A DNA stretch of 64,000 nucleotides from an uncultured Candidatus Saccharibacteria bacterium (GCA_964412585.1 CAYPPJ010000002.1:77720-141719), one strand, 5' to 3'. Positions 1 through 9,069 are shown, counted from the first letter of the stretch. A program made the numbers and translations. Notes: generated by a model not told the origin, from the sequence alone.

Positions 1-1377
1 TCGAGCTTGAGTAGCTCAAGAGTTTTCTTTTGCAAATATTCTTCTGTATTTAGTTTCGGATCGTCCAGAACCTCTTCCATAAGAGCATTCAAAACTAAAC
101 CTATTTTTGGTCCAGCAGGCATCTCCCCTATTTCCATGATCTTTTTACCATCAATATTGAGCATTGTTACAGATATCGGATCACGCAGGGCCTCTTCAAC
201 CATTGATTTGTATTTTCTCAAACGATAAGGGTCTGCCTTGGGCCTACCAGTCCCTATACGATCGCAAATACGAACGTTCATCAAATCCCAAATATTATCC
301 TTACCCACGTTAGCGACCATCCTGCGCACTGCAGAAAGTGTAATTGCTTCTGTGTCTGTAAAAAACATATGCCAGCGCACAAGGGTTGTGATTTTTTCGA
401 TAGTTACACGTGAAAACTTGAGTCTTTCGAGTATTTTGCGTGTTTCACGTGAACCAACTACCTCATGCCCGTAGAAGGTCGGCTGGCCAGTTACACGTGA
501 AACACCCTTTGTCTGAGGTTTTGCGATATCATGAAAAAGTGCAGAAAGCCTTATTTCTAGGCCCCAATTGCTATCTGCCGCATGCTGAAGACTGCGCAGG
601 AGGTGTTCCCAGACGGTAAAAGCGTGAGCTTGGTTCTGTGAAACTCCAATCCCCCTCTCGAGTTCGGGTATGAAATGTTTAAGGAGGCCGGTTTCATGGA
701 GGAGTTCGATTCCCTTCATAGGGCTTGGTGAGAGCACGATTTTTACAAACTCATCACGGATTCTCTCGAGCGAAACATCTTTGATCGTAGAACTAAGCTC
801 ATGTATTGCTGCCAAAGTTCCCTTTTCGAGCGAAAAGCCGAGTTCCACTGCAAAACGTAGAGCTCGCATCATGCGGAGCGCGTCCTCATTGAAACGGTCT
901 CGGGGATCCCCTACGGTCTGGATGATTTTGTCCTTTATTGCGGCGAATCCCCCGTATAAGTCGATTATGTCCTTTATCGCACCTTTTGAAAGAGACACTG
1001 CTATCGCATTTACCGTGAAGTCTCTGCGCTTGAGGTCATCTTCTATCTTGTCGCTAAAGTGTACTTGGTCTGGATGGCGACGATCGGAGTACCCTGTTTC
1101 GAGGCGGTATGGCGTGACTTCAACATTGCGTAAAGAAATTTCCTCTGTTGCCTCATTGATAACAACCACCGTCCCGAACGTATTTTCGTAAACAGTTTTA
1201 ACAAAAAGCCCTTGAATTTGCTCCGGAGTGGCGTTCGTAGTCACGTCCCAGTCTTTCGGAGTTCTTCCGAGGAATAGATCACGTACACAACCTCCAACCA
1301 GATATGCCTGAAAACCTCCCTTCTCAAGAGTTTCGACAATAGATACAATCTCGCCCGGAATAGGGCTATTTTTCATG
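1..1377 (-). CDS. cca: CCA tRNA nucleotidyltransferase / poly(A)-polymerase-family enzyme with HD domain; its 3' end runs past the window start
   Basis: Minus-strand translation from the start codon (CAT on + at 1375-1377): MKNSPIPGEIVSIVETLEKGGFQAYLVGGCVRDLFLGRTPKDWDVTT..., with the GGxVRD head-domain motif and a downstream HD region. No stop occurs before position 1, which explains why the ORF track lists only + frames here. Confidence 0.7.
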
Positions 1378-1451
1378 CTTTTTGCAGGCATTGCGTAGTT
1401 ATTGTAGTACAATTTGGGCTTTTTTACTAACTAGGTTAGTATGTAGACATT

Positions 1452-1526
1452 GCGCCCGTGGTGAAATGGATATCATATTTGTCTTCGGAACAAACGTTGG
1501 GGGTTCGAATCCCTCCGGGCGCACCA
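1452..1526 (+). tRNA. tRNA-Arg (anticodon TCG)
   Basis: Cloverleaf folded by hand: acceptor GCGCCCG/CGGGCGC, anticodon stem TTTGT/ACAAA with loop CTTCGGA, T-arm GGGGG-TTCGAAT-CCCTC, and an encoded CCA end. Confidence 0.8.
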
Positions 1527-1594
1527 GATCAGAGGAGAATATTTGTGGAAATCGGAAACATACGTTATACTTGCCACGTTACATTATTGAAAAC

Positions 1595-1665
1595 GCGGGT
1601 ATAGTTTAGTGGTAGAATGCGTCCTTGCCAAGGACGAGATGGGAGTTCGATTCTCCCTACCCGCA
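1595..1665 (+). tRNA. tRNA-Gly (anticodon GCC)
   Basis: Acceptor GCGGGTA/TACCCGC, anticodon stem CGTCC/GGACG with loop TTGCCAA, T-arm GGGAG-TTCGATT-CTCCC. Confidence 0.8.
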
Positions 1666-2129
1666 CAGAAATTCCCCTCCTCACATTGGAAATTAATGCA
1701 CCCAGTGCTTTTGTTGCTACCCAGATCCGGCTCGCAGGAATAATAAAGGACATTTTCCAGTATTTCGAACGTTATCCCCGCCTTTTTGATGAATTTGCCA
1801 AAATATGGCTTAAAATCGTTAAAGTATCAGACAAACTGTGTATAACTGTGGATAACTCTGGGGGTAACGGGCATAAAAGACAGAAAATATGGCTTATTAT
1901 CGTTAAAATGGCTCTAACTGGAGGTCTTATATGTATTTTATCAGTAAACCATCCGAGATACCCATATTTTAGGCCATATTCTACCACTCTCGTTTTAAAA
2001 GTCAGGACAAATGTGTTGAAAATCGACAAATATGACTGTTGTAATCCGTGTAAGTAGATAAAGTGCCTTATGTTTCACAAGAAACATTTCACGTGAACCG
2101 TTTAATCATAATATCTCTATGAAATAGTC

Positions 2130-2507
2130 ATGAATACAAGGAAAATTGGCAATTTAGGTGAAGATCTGGCTTGTACCCACCTTATTCGGAGTGGTTATAA
2201 GATTGTTGATCGAAATTACCAAAGAAAGTGGGGTGAAATCGATATTATTGCCACAAAAGACGGAATTACTCACTTTTTTGAGGTGAAAAGTGTGACGGCC
2301 GACTTTTCACGTGTAACAGATGCGCATACTCCAGAGGAAAACGTTCATCGGTATAAGCTAAAGCATATCGGGAGGATGATAGAAACCTATTTGTCCGATA
2401 GAGATGGTGGGGCAATAGGGGAGTTTCAATTTCATGTACTTACTGTACGAATGAATCAGGTTACTCGTACGGCCCAGATAAGGTGGATAAAAAACATAAT
2501 AATCTGA
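2130..2507 (+). CDS. yraN: YraN-family (UPF0102) predicted endonuclease
   Basis: The N-terminal block MNTRKIGNLGEDLACTHLIRSGYKIVDRNYQRKWGEIDIIA...HFFEVKS matches the YraN signature GxxGE...GY.I..RN...GEIDII...EVK. Confidence 0.65.
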   Translation: MNTRKIGNLGEDLACTHLIRSGYKIVDRNYQRKWGEIDIIATKDGITHFFEVKSVTADFSRVTDAHTPEENVHRYKLKHIGRMIETYLSDRDGGAIGEFQFHVLTVRMNQVTRTAQIRWIKNIII

Positions 2508-2564
2508 CGAATCTTTCATTTTCGCTCGTGTATTTTGCAAGCCTGTGCTAGTATTGTCGCATTA

Positions 2565-2637
2565 CGGAGCGTGGTGTAACGGCTAACATTTCTGTTTTGG
2601 GAACAGAAGACTCCGGGTTCGAATCCCGGCGCTCCGA
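2565..2637 (+). tRNA. tRNA-Pro (anticodon TGG)
   Basis: Acceptor CGGAGCG/CGCTCCG, anticodon stem TCTGT/ACAGA with loop TTTGGGA, T-arm CCGGG-TTCGAAT-CCCGG. Confidence 0.8.
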
Positions 2638-2645
2638 CACGAAGG

Positions 2646-3113
2646 GTGGTCATGATATACTATCACGACATGGTTCACGGCATATTTAATTTTTTCGATA
2701 AGCTCGAAGACCGTATACGCGGACATTTGAGCCGTTTTCCTATTCTATACACAATCATCGGTGGTATCGCGATCGTGCTGTTCTGGCGTGGCGTATGGCA
2801 CACAGCGGACATTCTGCAAGCAAAGGGGGGAGTGCTTGGTTTTATTTTCTACGAACCCGTCAATTTGCTTCTTGTGCTCGCGGTATTGCTCGCGACAGGA
2901 CTTTTTGTCTCATATTTTATTGGTGACACGATACTGATCAGTGGTCTGCGCAAAGAAAAAAAGATTCATGAGAAGACGGAAAAGGAAATAAAGGAGGAAG
3001 AGGCGACACTCAATGATATAAAAAAAGTTGTTAAAGAATTGAAAAATGAGGTTGATGAGATCAAAGACGCGGTCAAGGAAGATCATCGGATGCATCACGG
3101 AGAGGGGAAGTAG
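2646..3113 (+). CDS. hypothetical membrane protein with a charged coiled-coil C-terminus
   Basis: ORF with two hydrophobic segments followed by a Lys/Glu-rich tail; no recognisable family. Start could be the internal Met at about 2670. Confidence 0.4.
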   Translation: MVMIYYHDMVHGIFNFFDKLEDRIRGHLSRFPILYTIIGGIAIVLFWRGVWHTADILQAKGGVLGFIFYEPVNLLLVLAVLLATGLFVSYFIGDTILISGLRKEKKIHEKTEKEIKEEEATLNDIKKVVKELKNEVDEIKDAVKEDHRMHHGEGK

Positions 3114-3160
3114 TCGTTGATTTTCAAACCAGCAATTATCTGCTAGGATAGCGAAACAAG

Positions 3161-3231
3161 GCGGGATTAGTTAAATGGTATAATAACAGTTTTCCAAACT
3201 GTGGTCGGGAGTTCGATTCTCCCATCCCGCA
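3161..3231 (+). tRNA. tRNA-Gly (anticodon TCC)
   Basis: Acceptor GCGGGAT/ATCCCGC, anticodon stem ACAGT/ACTGT with loop TTTCCAA, T-arm GGGAG-TTCGATT-CTCCC. Confidence 0.75.
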
Positions 3232-3255
3232 CATTACGAGAATTCTATCTATAAT

Positions 3256-3891
3256 ATGTCCATCAAATTCAACGAAGTTACCTGGTACTCAAAGCTCGGC
3301 GCAATCATTTTATTTATTCTCGTCGTTCCTTGCCTTACGTTCTATATTGGCCGCCAATACGAGGCGACTGTTATCATCACCGAAGGTTTACATACTCCTA
3401 GTGATTCTAGTCTTACCCCACATGCAAAACCAACATCTGTATCTATGACGCCTGTAGGCGACCCACTCAATGCAACTTACACTATTGACGGTGAACAGAT
3501 AACTTTAGTAAATGGCCTCTCATCACAATCAGTTGCGGGGAGTGCTGGTTCGCTCGAGACACGTGCATTTGGCAAGCCAGTCTACGGCGATCTCAATGGT
3601 GATGGTAAGCAAGACGCGATTCTTTTCCTCTATCAAGAGACTTCAGGCACAGGCATATTCTTTTATGTAGCAGCCGCCGTCAATCAGAATGGTTCATACA
3701 AAACTACGAATACCATTTTCCTTGGCGATCGTGTTTCACCAATGAATATAAATATTAAGGATGGGGAGGCAGCAGTAAACTATGTTGTTCGTCGAGATAA
3801 TGCACCAATGACCGAGGCTCCTTCAGTTGGTGTTAGTAAATATATGAAGATCAAGAATGGGGAATTGGTAGAGAATATTTCCGCAAAATAG
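3256..3891 (+). CDS. hypothetical membrane-anchored or secreted protein
   Basis: N-terminal hydrophobic anchor (LGAIILFILVVPCLTFYIG) followed by a soluble domain of unknown family. Confidence 0.45.
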   Translation: MSIKFNEVTWYSKLGAIILFILVVPCLTFYIGRQYEATVIITEGLHTPSDSSLTPHAKPTSVSMTPVGDPLNATYTIDGEQITLVNGLSSQSVAGSAGSLETRAFGKPVYGDLNGDGKQDAILFLYQETSGTGIFFYVAAAVNQNGSYKTTNTIFLGDRVSPMNINIKDGEAAVNYVVRRDNAPMTEAPSVGVSKYMKIKNGELVENISAK

Positions 3892-4659
3892 TTAGAGTGT
3901 TCCTTCCCACAATATCTCAAATACTGATCGGAAGATGTCTACCATGGCTGGTATTGCTACAACGACCGCCAGCGCCTTCACCTCTGGACCGATAATAACA
4001 ATCTTGTCGTCATAAATATCAATAGTGCTCTTGAAATTATATTTTTCAGGCAAATATTTGAATGAACGCAAGAGTTTCGGATCATTCTGACCTTCTTCGG
4101 CGCGTGAATCGTGCGAGAGAAGTAATTTGACCCTGGTGTTTCGAGTTGCGCGCTTTTTGCGGAATGAAACGAGAAAGTCGCGGTCAATATTCAAGAATCC
4201 GGAGACACTGCCGATGATGTAGTACTCGCGATCGCGATATTCATCGAGGATGTTGTTGTAAAACGCTTCAAGCTCGCGTTTTGACTTGATCATGCGTACG
4301 CCATACTCTTTGAGCTCTTGTCCCTGCATGCGTTCGAGTACGGGAATGATCCTGGTGAGTGAGTTGAGCTTGTTCTCATACAGGGAAGTCAGCTTGCTTG
4401 GCCGAATAGGGGTAAAAAACTTCTTGCTACCTTGATCGGAAGCTATGACAACGCCATGCGAGATGAGGCGCTCAAGCAAGGGGTAGGCAGTGGTGCGTTT
4501 GAGGCCCATAGCAGAGGCCAATTGGGTGGCAGAAGCACCACCGAGCTCGATGAGCTTCACATACACAGAAACCTCTTGTTCTGAGAGGCCAAATTCACCC
4601 AAAACGCCTTTAATTTCATCATTATTCATTGTTGTTAAAAAATTACGACAATAATGCAA
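3892..4659 (-). CDS. TrmB-family HTH transcriptional regulator (paralog 1 of 6)
   Basis: N-terminus ...GLSEQEVSVYVKLIELGGASATQLASAMGLKRTTAYPLLERLISHGVV is a TrmB-type winged helix-turn-helix, and the C-terminal domain is shared with the other five paralogs. Start may instead be the Met at 4629. It is divergent from the binding-protein gene at 4754. Confidence 0.6.
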   Translation of the reverse strand: MHYCRNFLTTMNNDEIKGVLGEFGLSEQEVSVYVKLIELGGASATQLASAMGLKRTTAYPLLERLISHGVVIASDQGSKKFFTPIRPSKLTSLYENKLNSLTRIIPVLERMQGQELKEYGVRMIKSKRELEAFYNNILDEYRDREYYIIGSVSGFLNIDRDFLVSFRKKRATRNTRVKLLLSHDSRAEEGQNDPKLLRSFKYLPEKYNFKSTIDIYDDKIVIIGPEVKALAVVVAIPAMVDIFRSVFEILWEGTL

Positions 4660-4717
4660 ATTAAGTATAATATATTCGTAAATAAAGTCAAATTGAACAT
4701 TAATTTGTTAATAAATA

Positions 4718-4746
4718 TTGACAAATGAGGTGGAATGGTATATACT
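4718..4746 (+). promoter_or_regulatory. near-consensus sigma70-type promoter (TTGACA-N17-TATACT) for the binding-protein gene at 4754
   Basis: Read directly: TTGACA at 4718-4723 and TATACT at 4741-4746, ending 7 nt before the ATG. A divergent TTGACT-N16-TATACT (-10 at 4674-4679) on the minus strand serves the regulator. Confidence 0.6.
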
Positions 4747-4753
4747 ATAGGGT

Positions 4754-5875
4754 ATGAAAACAAAAATCATTTCAATTATTGTTGTTTTGGCTATTATTGT
4801 CGTATTAGTGGCGACTTTGGGAGGTAAAACAGCACAATCTATAAAAATAGGTGCTTTGTACCCGCTTACTGGGGGATTGGCTTCATATGGTGAGCCGGCA
4901 TTCAACGCGGCCAAGCTTGCCGTTGAGGATATCAATGCGTCGGGTGGTATTAACGGCGCGCAGCTCGAACTAGTCGCGGAAGATCACGCGTGTGATCCAA
5001 AAGTTGCGGTGTCTGCGTACAACAAATTGGTTAAGACAGAAAATATTCACATCCTCACATCAGTTGCGTGTACGGGAACGGTTCTGGCGTTGGTGCCAAA
5101 TCTTGAGAAAGATAACGTCGTGCTTCTTGGAACAGTGACCAGCGGAAATAAATTAACAAATGTTTCACCAAACTTTTTTCGTAACTGGGCATCAGATCGA
5201 CAAGAGTCAAAGTTGCTCGCTGAACGAATCATCAAAAATAAATACCAAAGTGTAGCGACATTGAACGAAGAAACAGATTATGCGAAAGGCTTGGTCGTGT
5301 CGCTCGGCGAATTTCTCAAAGACTCGGCGGTAAAGATATCGAGCGAATCATTCGCTTCTGGTTCTGCCGATGTGCGTACTCAGCTTGCAAAGTTACAGGC
5401 GCTCAAAACTGACGTCGTGTTCATCAGTGTGCAGACAGTGACGACAGGTGAGATGGTGTTGAAGCAGATCGGACAGCTCAATTTCAAGCCGAAGGTATTA
5501 TTTGTGAATGATAATATTTTGAAAGCGACTTCTCTAGTCAAAGATCATGCGCAATTGCTCGAAGGCGCAATTGGAGGAGACTATGTGTTTGAAGTTGGAG
5601 GCAAAGCCGGTGAATTTCTTGCAAAGTATCGCATGGCATACGGCGCAGATTGCCCGCAGATAAATATCTGTTTGGCCGAATATGACGCTATTCAAATGCT
5701 CGCGGAAGGGCTTAAAACAAAGGGGGATTCATTCTTGCAGGTGAGGCGGTATTTGACGGGCAGTGAATACACTGGGTTAAGTGGAAGGATTTCCTTCGAT
5801 GCCAACCATGATCGCGAGGGCGCGGAGTATTCGTTGTTTGAGATTAGGGGAGGAAAGGTGGAGGTGGTGAAATAA
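4754..5875 (+). CDS. type-1 periplasmic binding protein (LivJ / Leu-Ile-Val-binding-like, Peripla_BP_6 family), membrane-anchored, with no transporter partner
   Basis: N-terminal anchor MKTKIISIIVVLAIIVVLVATLGG, then IKIGALYPLTGGLASYGEPAFNAAKLAVEDINASGGINGAQLELVAEDHACDPKVAVSAYNKLV, the canonical N-terminus of Leu/Ile/Val-binding-type proteins. Confidence 0.7.
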   Translation: MKTKIISIIVVLAIIVVLVATLGGKTAQSIKIGALYPLTGGLASYGEPAFNAAKLAVEDINASGGINGAQLELVAEDHACDPKVAVSAYNKLVKTENIHILTSVACTGTVLALVPNLEKDNVVLLGTVTSGNKLTNVSPNFFRNWASDRQESKLLAERIIKNKYQSVATLNEETDYAKGLVVSLGEFLKDSAVKISSESFASGSADVRTQLAKLQALKTDVVFISVQTVTTGEMVLKQIGQLNFKPKVLFVNDNILKATSLVKDHAQLLEGAIGGDYVFEVGGKAGEFLAKYRMAYGADCPQINICLAEYDAIQMLAEGLKTKGDSFLQVRRYLTGSEYTGLSGRISFDANHDREGAEYSLFEIRGGKVEVVK

Positions 5876-5914
5876 GCAATATGCAAAAAGTGCATAATGC
5901 TTTTACATTAAAAA

Positions 5915-5942
5915 CCCCGTCCGGAAAATCCGAACGGGGTTT
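5915..5942. terminator. bidirectional rho-independent terminator between the convergent genes 4754..5875 and 5956..6699
   Basis: Hairpin CCCCGTCCGG-aaaat-CCGAACGGGG flanked by an A-run on its 5' side and a T-run on its 3' side. Confidence 0.6.
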
Positions 5943-5955
5943 GCGACTCTGGAAG

Positions 5956-6699
5956 TCAGTTGAACTTGTACGAGACGCCGCTCCAGACCATGGCGTCCGT
6001 GCTCCGCTTGTTGCTCATCATCGGCACGTACCAATTCATCCCGAAAACATTTACCGTGAGATGTTTGTTGGCATGCCAGTCGAGGCCGAGGTTGCCGCGC
6101 CAGAAGAATCCGCGTCCCGATCCGATGGTGCCGGTATCATACACTAGCAGTGCTGAAGCGTGCGTACCGACTTTCTCCTGGCAGAAGTTCTTCGAGGTAC
6201 TGACACCCAGACTGAAGAGGTGTCCTCCTTCAAAGCCGCTTCCAGGCAATGGCGTGAAGTTCTCGTATCCAGCTGTGACCGCGAAGTTTGTAAAGCTTCT
6301 GGTCAGGTATATAACTGGATGGAGAATATCACCTCGCCCGAGAGACAGTGCCTTCGGCTCGTCAAAGTAGGTGATGCCCACTTTGAGTGAGAGGTTCTCT
6401 GCGATTTGACCCTTCCAGCCGATGGCGTAGTCAACTTCGTTGCCGAAGCTGCCGTCATCCCATGAGCCTTTGAGACTGCGAGAGACCGCGAGGTCAGCGT
6501 AGATACCATTCGCAAAAGACACGAAGATATCCGACTGAATCACGGGGTCAGACGAGAGCGGATTGCCCGTCTCGAAGCCGAGGTACTGATTGGCGACGTA
6601 CGACGATAACGTGATCGTCGGCCAACTTTTCTCTTCGGCGCGGACAGAGGTGATGGAGACTGCGGACGCGATAAGGGCAAGGAACAATGTGCTTTTCAT
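5956..6699 (-). CDS. secreted beta-rich protein of unknown function on a GC-rich island
   Basis: Signal peptide MKSTLFLALIASAVSITSVRA-EE, followed by alternating hydrophobic/Gly/aromatic beta-strand-like patterning; GC content is clearly above the window average. Confidence 0.4.
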   Translation of the reverse strand: MKSTLFLALIASAVSITSVRAEEKSWPTITLSSYVANQYLGFETGNPLSSDPVIQSDIFVSFANGIYADLAVSRSLKGSWDDGSFGNEVDYAIGWKGQIAENLSLKVGITYFDEPKALSLGRGDILHPVIYLTRSFTNFAVTAGYENFTPLPGSGFEGGHLFSLGVSTSKNFCQEKVGTHASALLVYDTGTIGSGRGFFWRGNLGLDWHANKHLTVNVFGMNWYVPMMSNKRSTDAMVWSGVSYKFN

Positions 6700-6821
6700 A
6701 ATGTGAGGGTCTTTCTTGGTTTGTGATTGTGAATGTTCTGCGTTGTTACTCTATGAGCCCTCGACACCATGTCGTCGGCTCAATGAAGTGGAGGAAGGGT
6801 GGGCTTCCTCCGTGGGGAAGT

Positions 6822-7169
6822 TTAGGAAACCCATCCGGACCGGAAAGCTTTTTCCTTGGGTGGCTTTACACCTTTTCGTAATACGACGAGATGGCCAGTA
6901 GTACTCCCGTCTTTCAAGTGTTTCTTGATGAACTTTGAGATTGGGTTAGGGAGTGGGCCGACTGGATTTCGGTAGGTGTACATCTTGAATTCGTGACGTG
7001 TGCCATCGCTCGATCCGGGACGGCGGCGAGGGTTTCCACCGAGAACAATCCTCGAGGACTCTTCCTCAATTCGATACCATTGTCCGTTGATTTGCACGAC
7101 CCAAGAATGGTCATTGTCATAAGGTTGCGGGACTCCGTTGGGTATTTCAACTCCAGTTGGTGTTTTCAT
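6822..7169 (-). CDS. hypothetical protein on the GC-rich island
   Basis: 115-aa ORF with no recognisable motif, on the same strand and with the same composition as 5956..6699. Confidence 0.3.
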   Translation of the reverse strand: MKTPTGVEIPNGVPQPYDNDHSWVVQINGQWYRIEEESSRIVLGGNPRRRPGSSDGTRHEFKMYTYRNPVGPLPNPISKFIKKHLKDGSTTGHLVVLRKGVKPPKEKAFRSGWVS

Positions 7170-7390
7170 AGTATTGAGTTCGGTTAGGGGATTCAGTTCG
7201 CAGACGATAGTGTCAGCGTGTCACTGTCTCCCCAGTCCCGAACTCAATCTACTGTATTCAAGGTACTTTCCTTTACTTACTTGTATAATTATTGCATAAT
7301 TTGTCCGAATTGTCAATTAAAAAATCACAAATAAAGCCTTGTTTTCCAATATATATTGATAAATAAGGCTAAAAATGTGTCAACAAAGTA

Positions 7391-7418
7391 TTGACAACAT
7401 AGGGGTATCTGCTACACT
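7391..7418 (+). promoter_or_regulatory. sigma70-type promoter TTGACA-N16-TACACT for regulator 7425
   Basis: TTGACA at 7391-7396 and TACACT at 7413-7418, 6 nt before the ATG. Confidence 0.5.
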
Positions 7419-7424
7419 TTAGGC

Positions 7425-8192
7425 ATGATTGATGAAACGTTAAAGAAATTGGGTTTTAGCGACAAGGAGATACTGGTGTATCTGACTATTCTTGAGAATG
7501 GCAAGGTTTTACCAGCTACCATATCCTCTATTACGCACATAAAACGCCCTACGGTATATGCGATAGGCAAAGAATTGGTCAAAAAAGGCATTATTACGCA
7601 GGACGTAGAAGGAGCAGGAGGTTATTTTGTCGCTTTACCGCCACAGCACCTCAATACAATCGTAGAAAAAGAGGAAAGGGATATTATTGCAAAGAAAAAG
7701 ATTATTAAAGAGGCAATTAGTGAACTCGAGAATGTGCCAAAATCCAAATCATACTCAGTTCCGAAGATGCGCTTTATTGATGAGTACAACATAAAAGATT
7801 TTCTTTACAGACAGACGCCTATGTGGGAGGAGAGTATGATTCGTAGTGGAGATCTGACATGGTGGGGATTTCAAGATCATACAATTCTTGAAACTAAGGA
7901 GTATGTTGACTGGATAGATTGGTATTGGAAAATAGGTTCAGAGAAGATTGATCTCAAACTCATTTCAAACGATTCGGCAATTGAGGCTAAGATGGCTGAG
8001 AAGAAATATCCAAGGCGCGCCATCAAATTTTGGAAAAATGAATTTAAATTTACTGCAACCAACTTTATTATGGGGGACTACGTCGTATTTTTCATGACTG
8101 GCCAGCGCCCGCACTATCTAGTTGAGATCCACGATGCTGTGTATGCGCAAAATATGAGACAAGTTTTTAGAAACTTGTGGGAGATTATTTAG
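7425..8192 (+). CDS. TrmB-family HTH transcriptional regulator (paralog 2)
   Basis: N-terminus MIDETLKKLGFSDKEILVYLTILENGKVLPATISSITHIKRPTVYAIGKELVKKGIITQ. The C-terminal domain ends ...VFRNLWEII, as in the other paralogs. Confidence 0.6.
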   Translation: MIDETLKKLGFSDKEILVYLTILENGKVLPATISSITHIKRPTVYAIGKELVKKGIITQDVEGAGGYFVALPPQHLNTIVEKEERDIIAKKKIIKEAISELENVPKSKSYSVPKMRFIDEYNIKDFLYRQTPMWEESMIRSGDLTWWGFQDHTILETKEYVDWIDWYWKIGSEKIDLKLISNDSAIEAKMAEKKYPRRAIKFWKNEFKFTATNFIMGDYVVFFMTGQRPHYLVEIHDAVYAQNMRQVFRNLWEII

Positions 8193-9003
8193 TTTCACTA
8201 TCGAGCCCTTCCAAAAATGCATCAGTATACTGCGGCTCTGCTTTGACTGGCTTAGATAGATCCCATATAGCTTCAAATTGGGTTTTCATGAGATTGGCAA
8301 AGTCTCTGCTGTGAATAATGAAGCCGAATGATTCCTTCTGGGAAGAAATAAAGGCGACCTTGTCTTCGTACATCCAATAGCCCATATCCCAAGCCATATC
8401 CTTTGGTGCAAGACGGATTTCGCGTAGATGTCCGCCACCAACGCCCAGAAAAGGATATTTTTTAAAATCTTGTTTGGATCCGTGTGGATATATCCCGCGA
8501 ATAGAAATGTTTCTTTTAATTCGTTTTTTGTTGAGCTCCTCGAGATAGTCGGCACCAAGGACGTTCAGGACCTCACTCATGGGCCACATAATGGTGGTGT
8601 TAATATTTCGGTGCCACATAATATGATTCATCACTTGTTGCAAACCTTCTTTGCCAGAATAAAACTTGATCTTTGGCTCGGTGAAGCTCGTCTGCTTGAG
8701 TAGGGTAGGTAATAGTTTCTTGAAAGATGCCTTTTCAGTTTCGAGTGAGTCAATTTTTGATTGGAGAAGGTTGGGAATATTATGTACATCATCTACTGAG
8801 AATATTTTTTTATTTTCTTCATCTCGTTCACTGACGAGTCCGTGTTGGATCAGTATTTTAATGTTGTCATACACTGATGGTCGGGGAATACCGAGCCTTT
8901 CTGCAACAAGTCGAGCGGTTGAAGGCCCTTTTTCGAGAAGACTGGTAAAAATCTTTTGGGCCTGAAGAGGCAGATTGAGTTCGTGGAGGATTTTATCAAG
9001 CAT
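8185..9003 (-). CDS. TrmB-family HTH transcriptional regulator (paralog 3); 3' end overlaps paralog 2 by 8 nt
   Basis: N-terminus MLDKILHELNLPLQAQKIFTSLLEKGPSTARLVAERLGIPRPSVYDNIKILIQHGLVSER; C-terminus ...FEAIWDL. Confidence 0.6.
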   Translation of the reverse strand: MLDKILHELNLPLQAQKIFTSLLEKGPSTARLVAERLGIPRPSVYDNIKILIQHGLVSERDEENKKIFSVDDVHNIPNLLQSKIDSLETEKASFKKLLPTLLKQTSFTEPKIKFYSGKEGLQQVMNHIMWHRNINTTIMWPMSEVLNVLGADYLEELNKKRIKRNISIRGIYPHGSKQDFKKYPFLGVGGGHLREIRLAPKDMAWDMGYWMYEDKVAFISSQKESFGFIIHSRDFANLMKTQFEAIWDLSKPVKAEPQYTDAFLEGLDSETK

Positions 9004-9012
9004 AGTATATAT

Positions 9013-9041
9013 TTGTCGATTTTCGCCGACAGATTTACAAT
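9013..9041 (+). promoter_or_regulatory. promoter TTGTCG-N17-TACAAT with an inverted repeat TGTCG-N8-CGACA (9014-9031) inside the spacer; candidate operator between regulator 8185..9003 and the binding-protein gene at 9070
   Basis: Read directly from ATTTGTCGATTTTCGCCGACAGATTTACAAT. Confidence 0.5.
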
Positions 9042-9069
9042 ACCACAGCTTCGGGTTATGCTCAAGCCC

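Noticed and set aside
7-1191. Plus-strand ORFs 7..228, 238..474 and 670..1191
   Set aside because: The minus strand across 1-1377 translates into a continuous CCA-adding-enzyme-like protein with recognisable motifs; the + frames are low-complexity shadow ORFs.
1382-2057. ORFs 1382..1609, 1565..1753, 1617..2057 and 1772..2029
   Set aside because: They overlap two well-formed tRNA genes and an AT-rich spacer; the translations have no protein-like composition.
5881-6515. Plus-strand ORFs 5881..6147, 5960..6370 and 6160..6390, and the minus ORF 6303..6515
   Set aside because: They are antisense or nested in the GC-rich 5956..6699 gene, which has a clean signal peptide; high-GC DNA generates such long shadow frames.
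8956-9069. The long 5' extension of binding-protein ORF 8956
   Set aside because: It would overlap the divergent regulator and its promoter/operator; the internal Met at 9070 is followed directly by a signal-anchor, as in all four paralogs.
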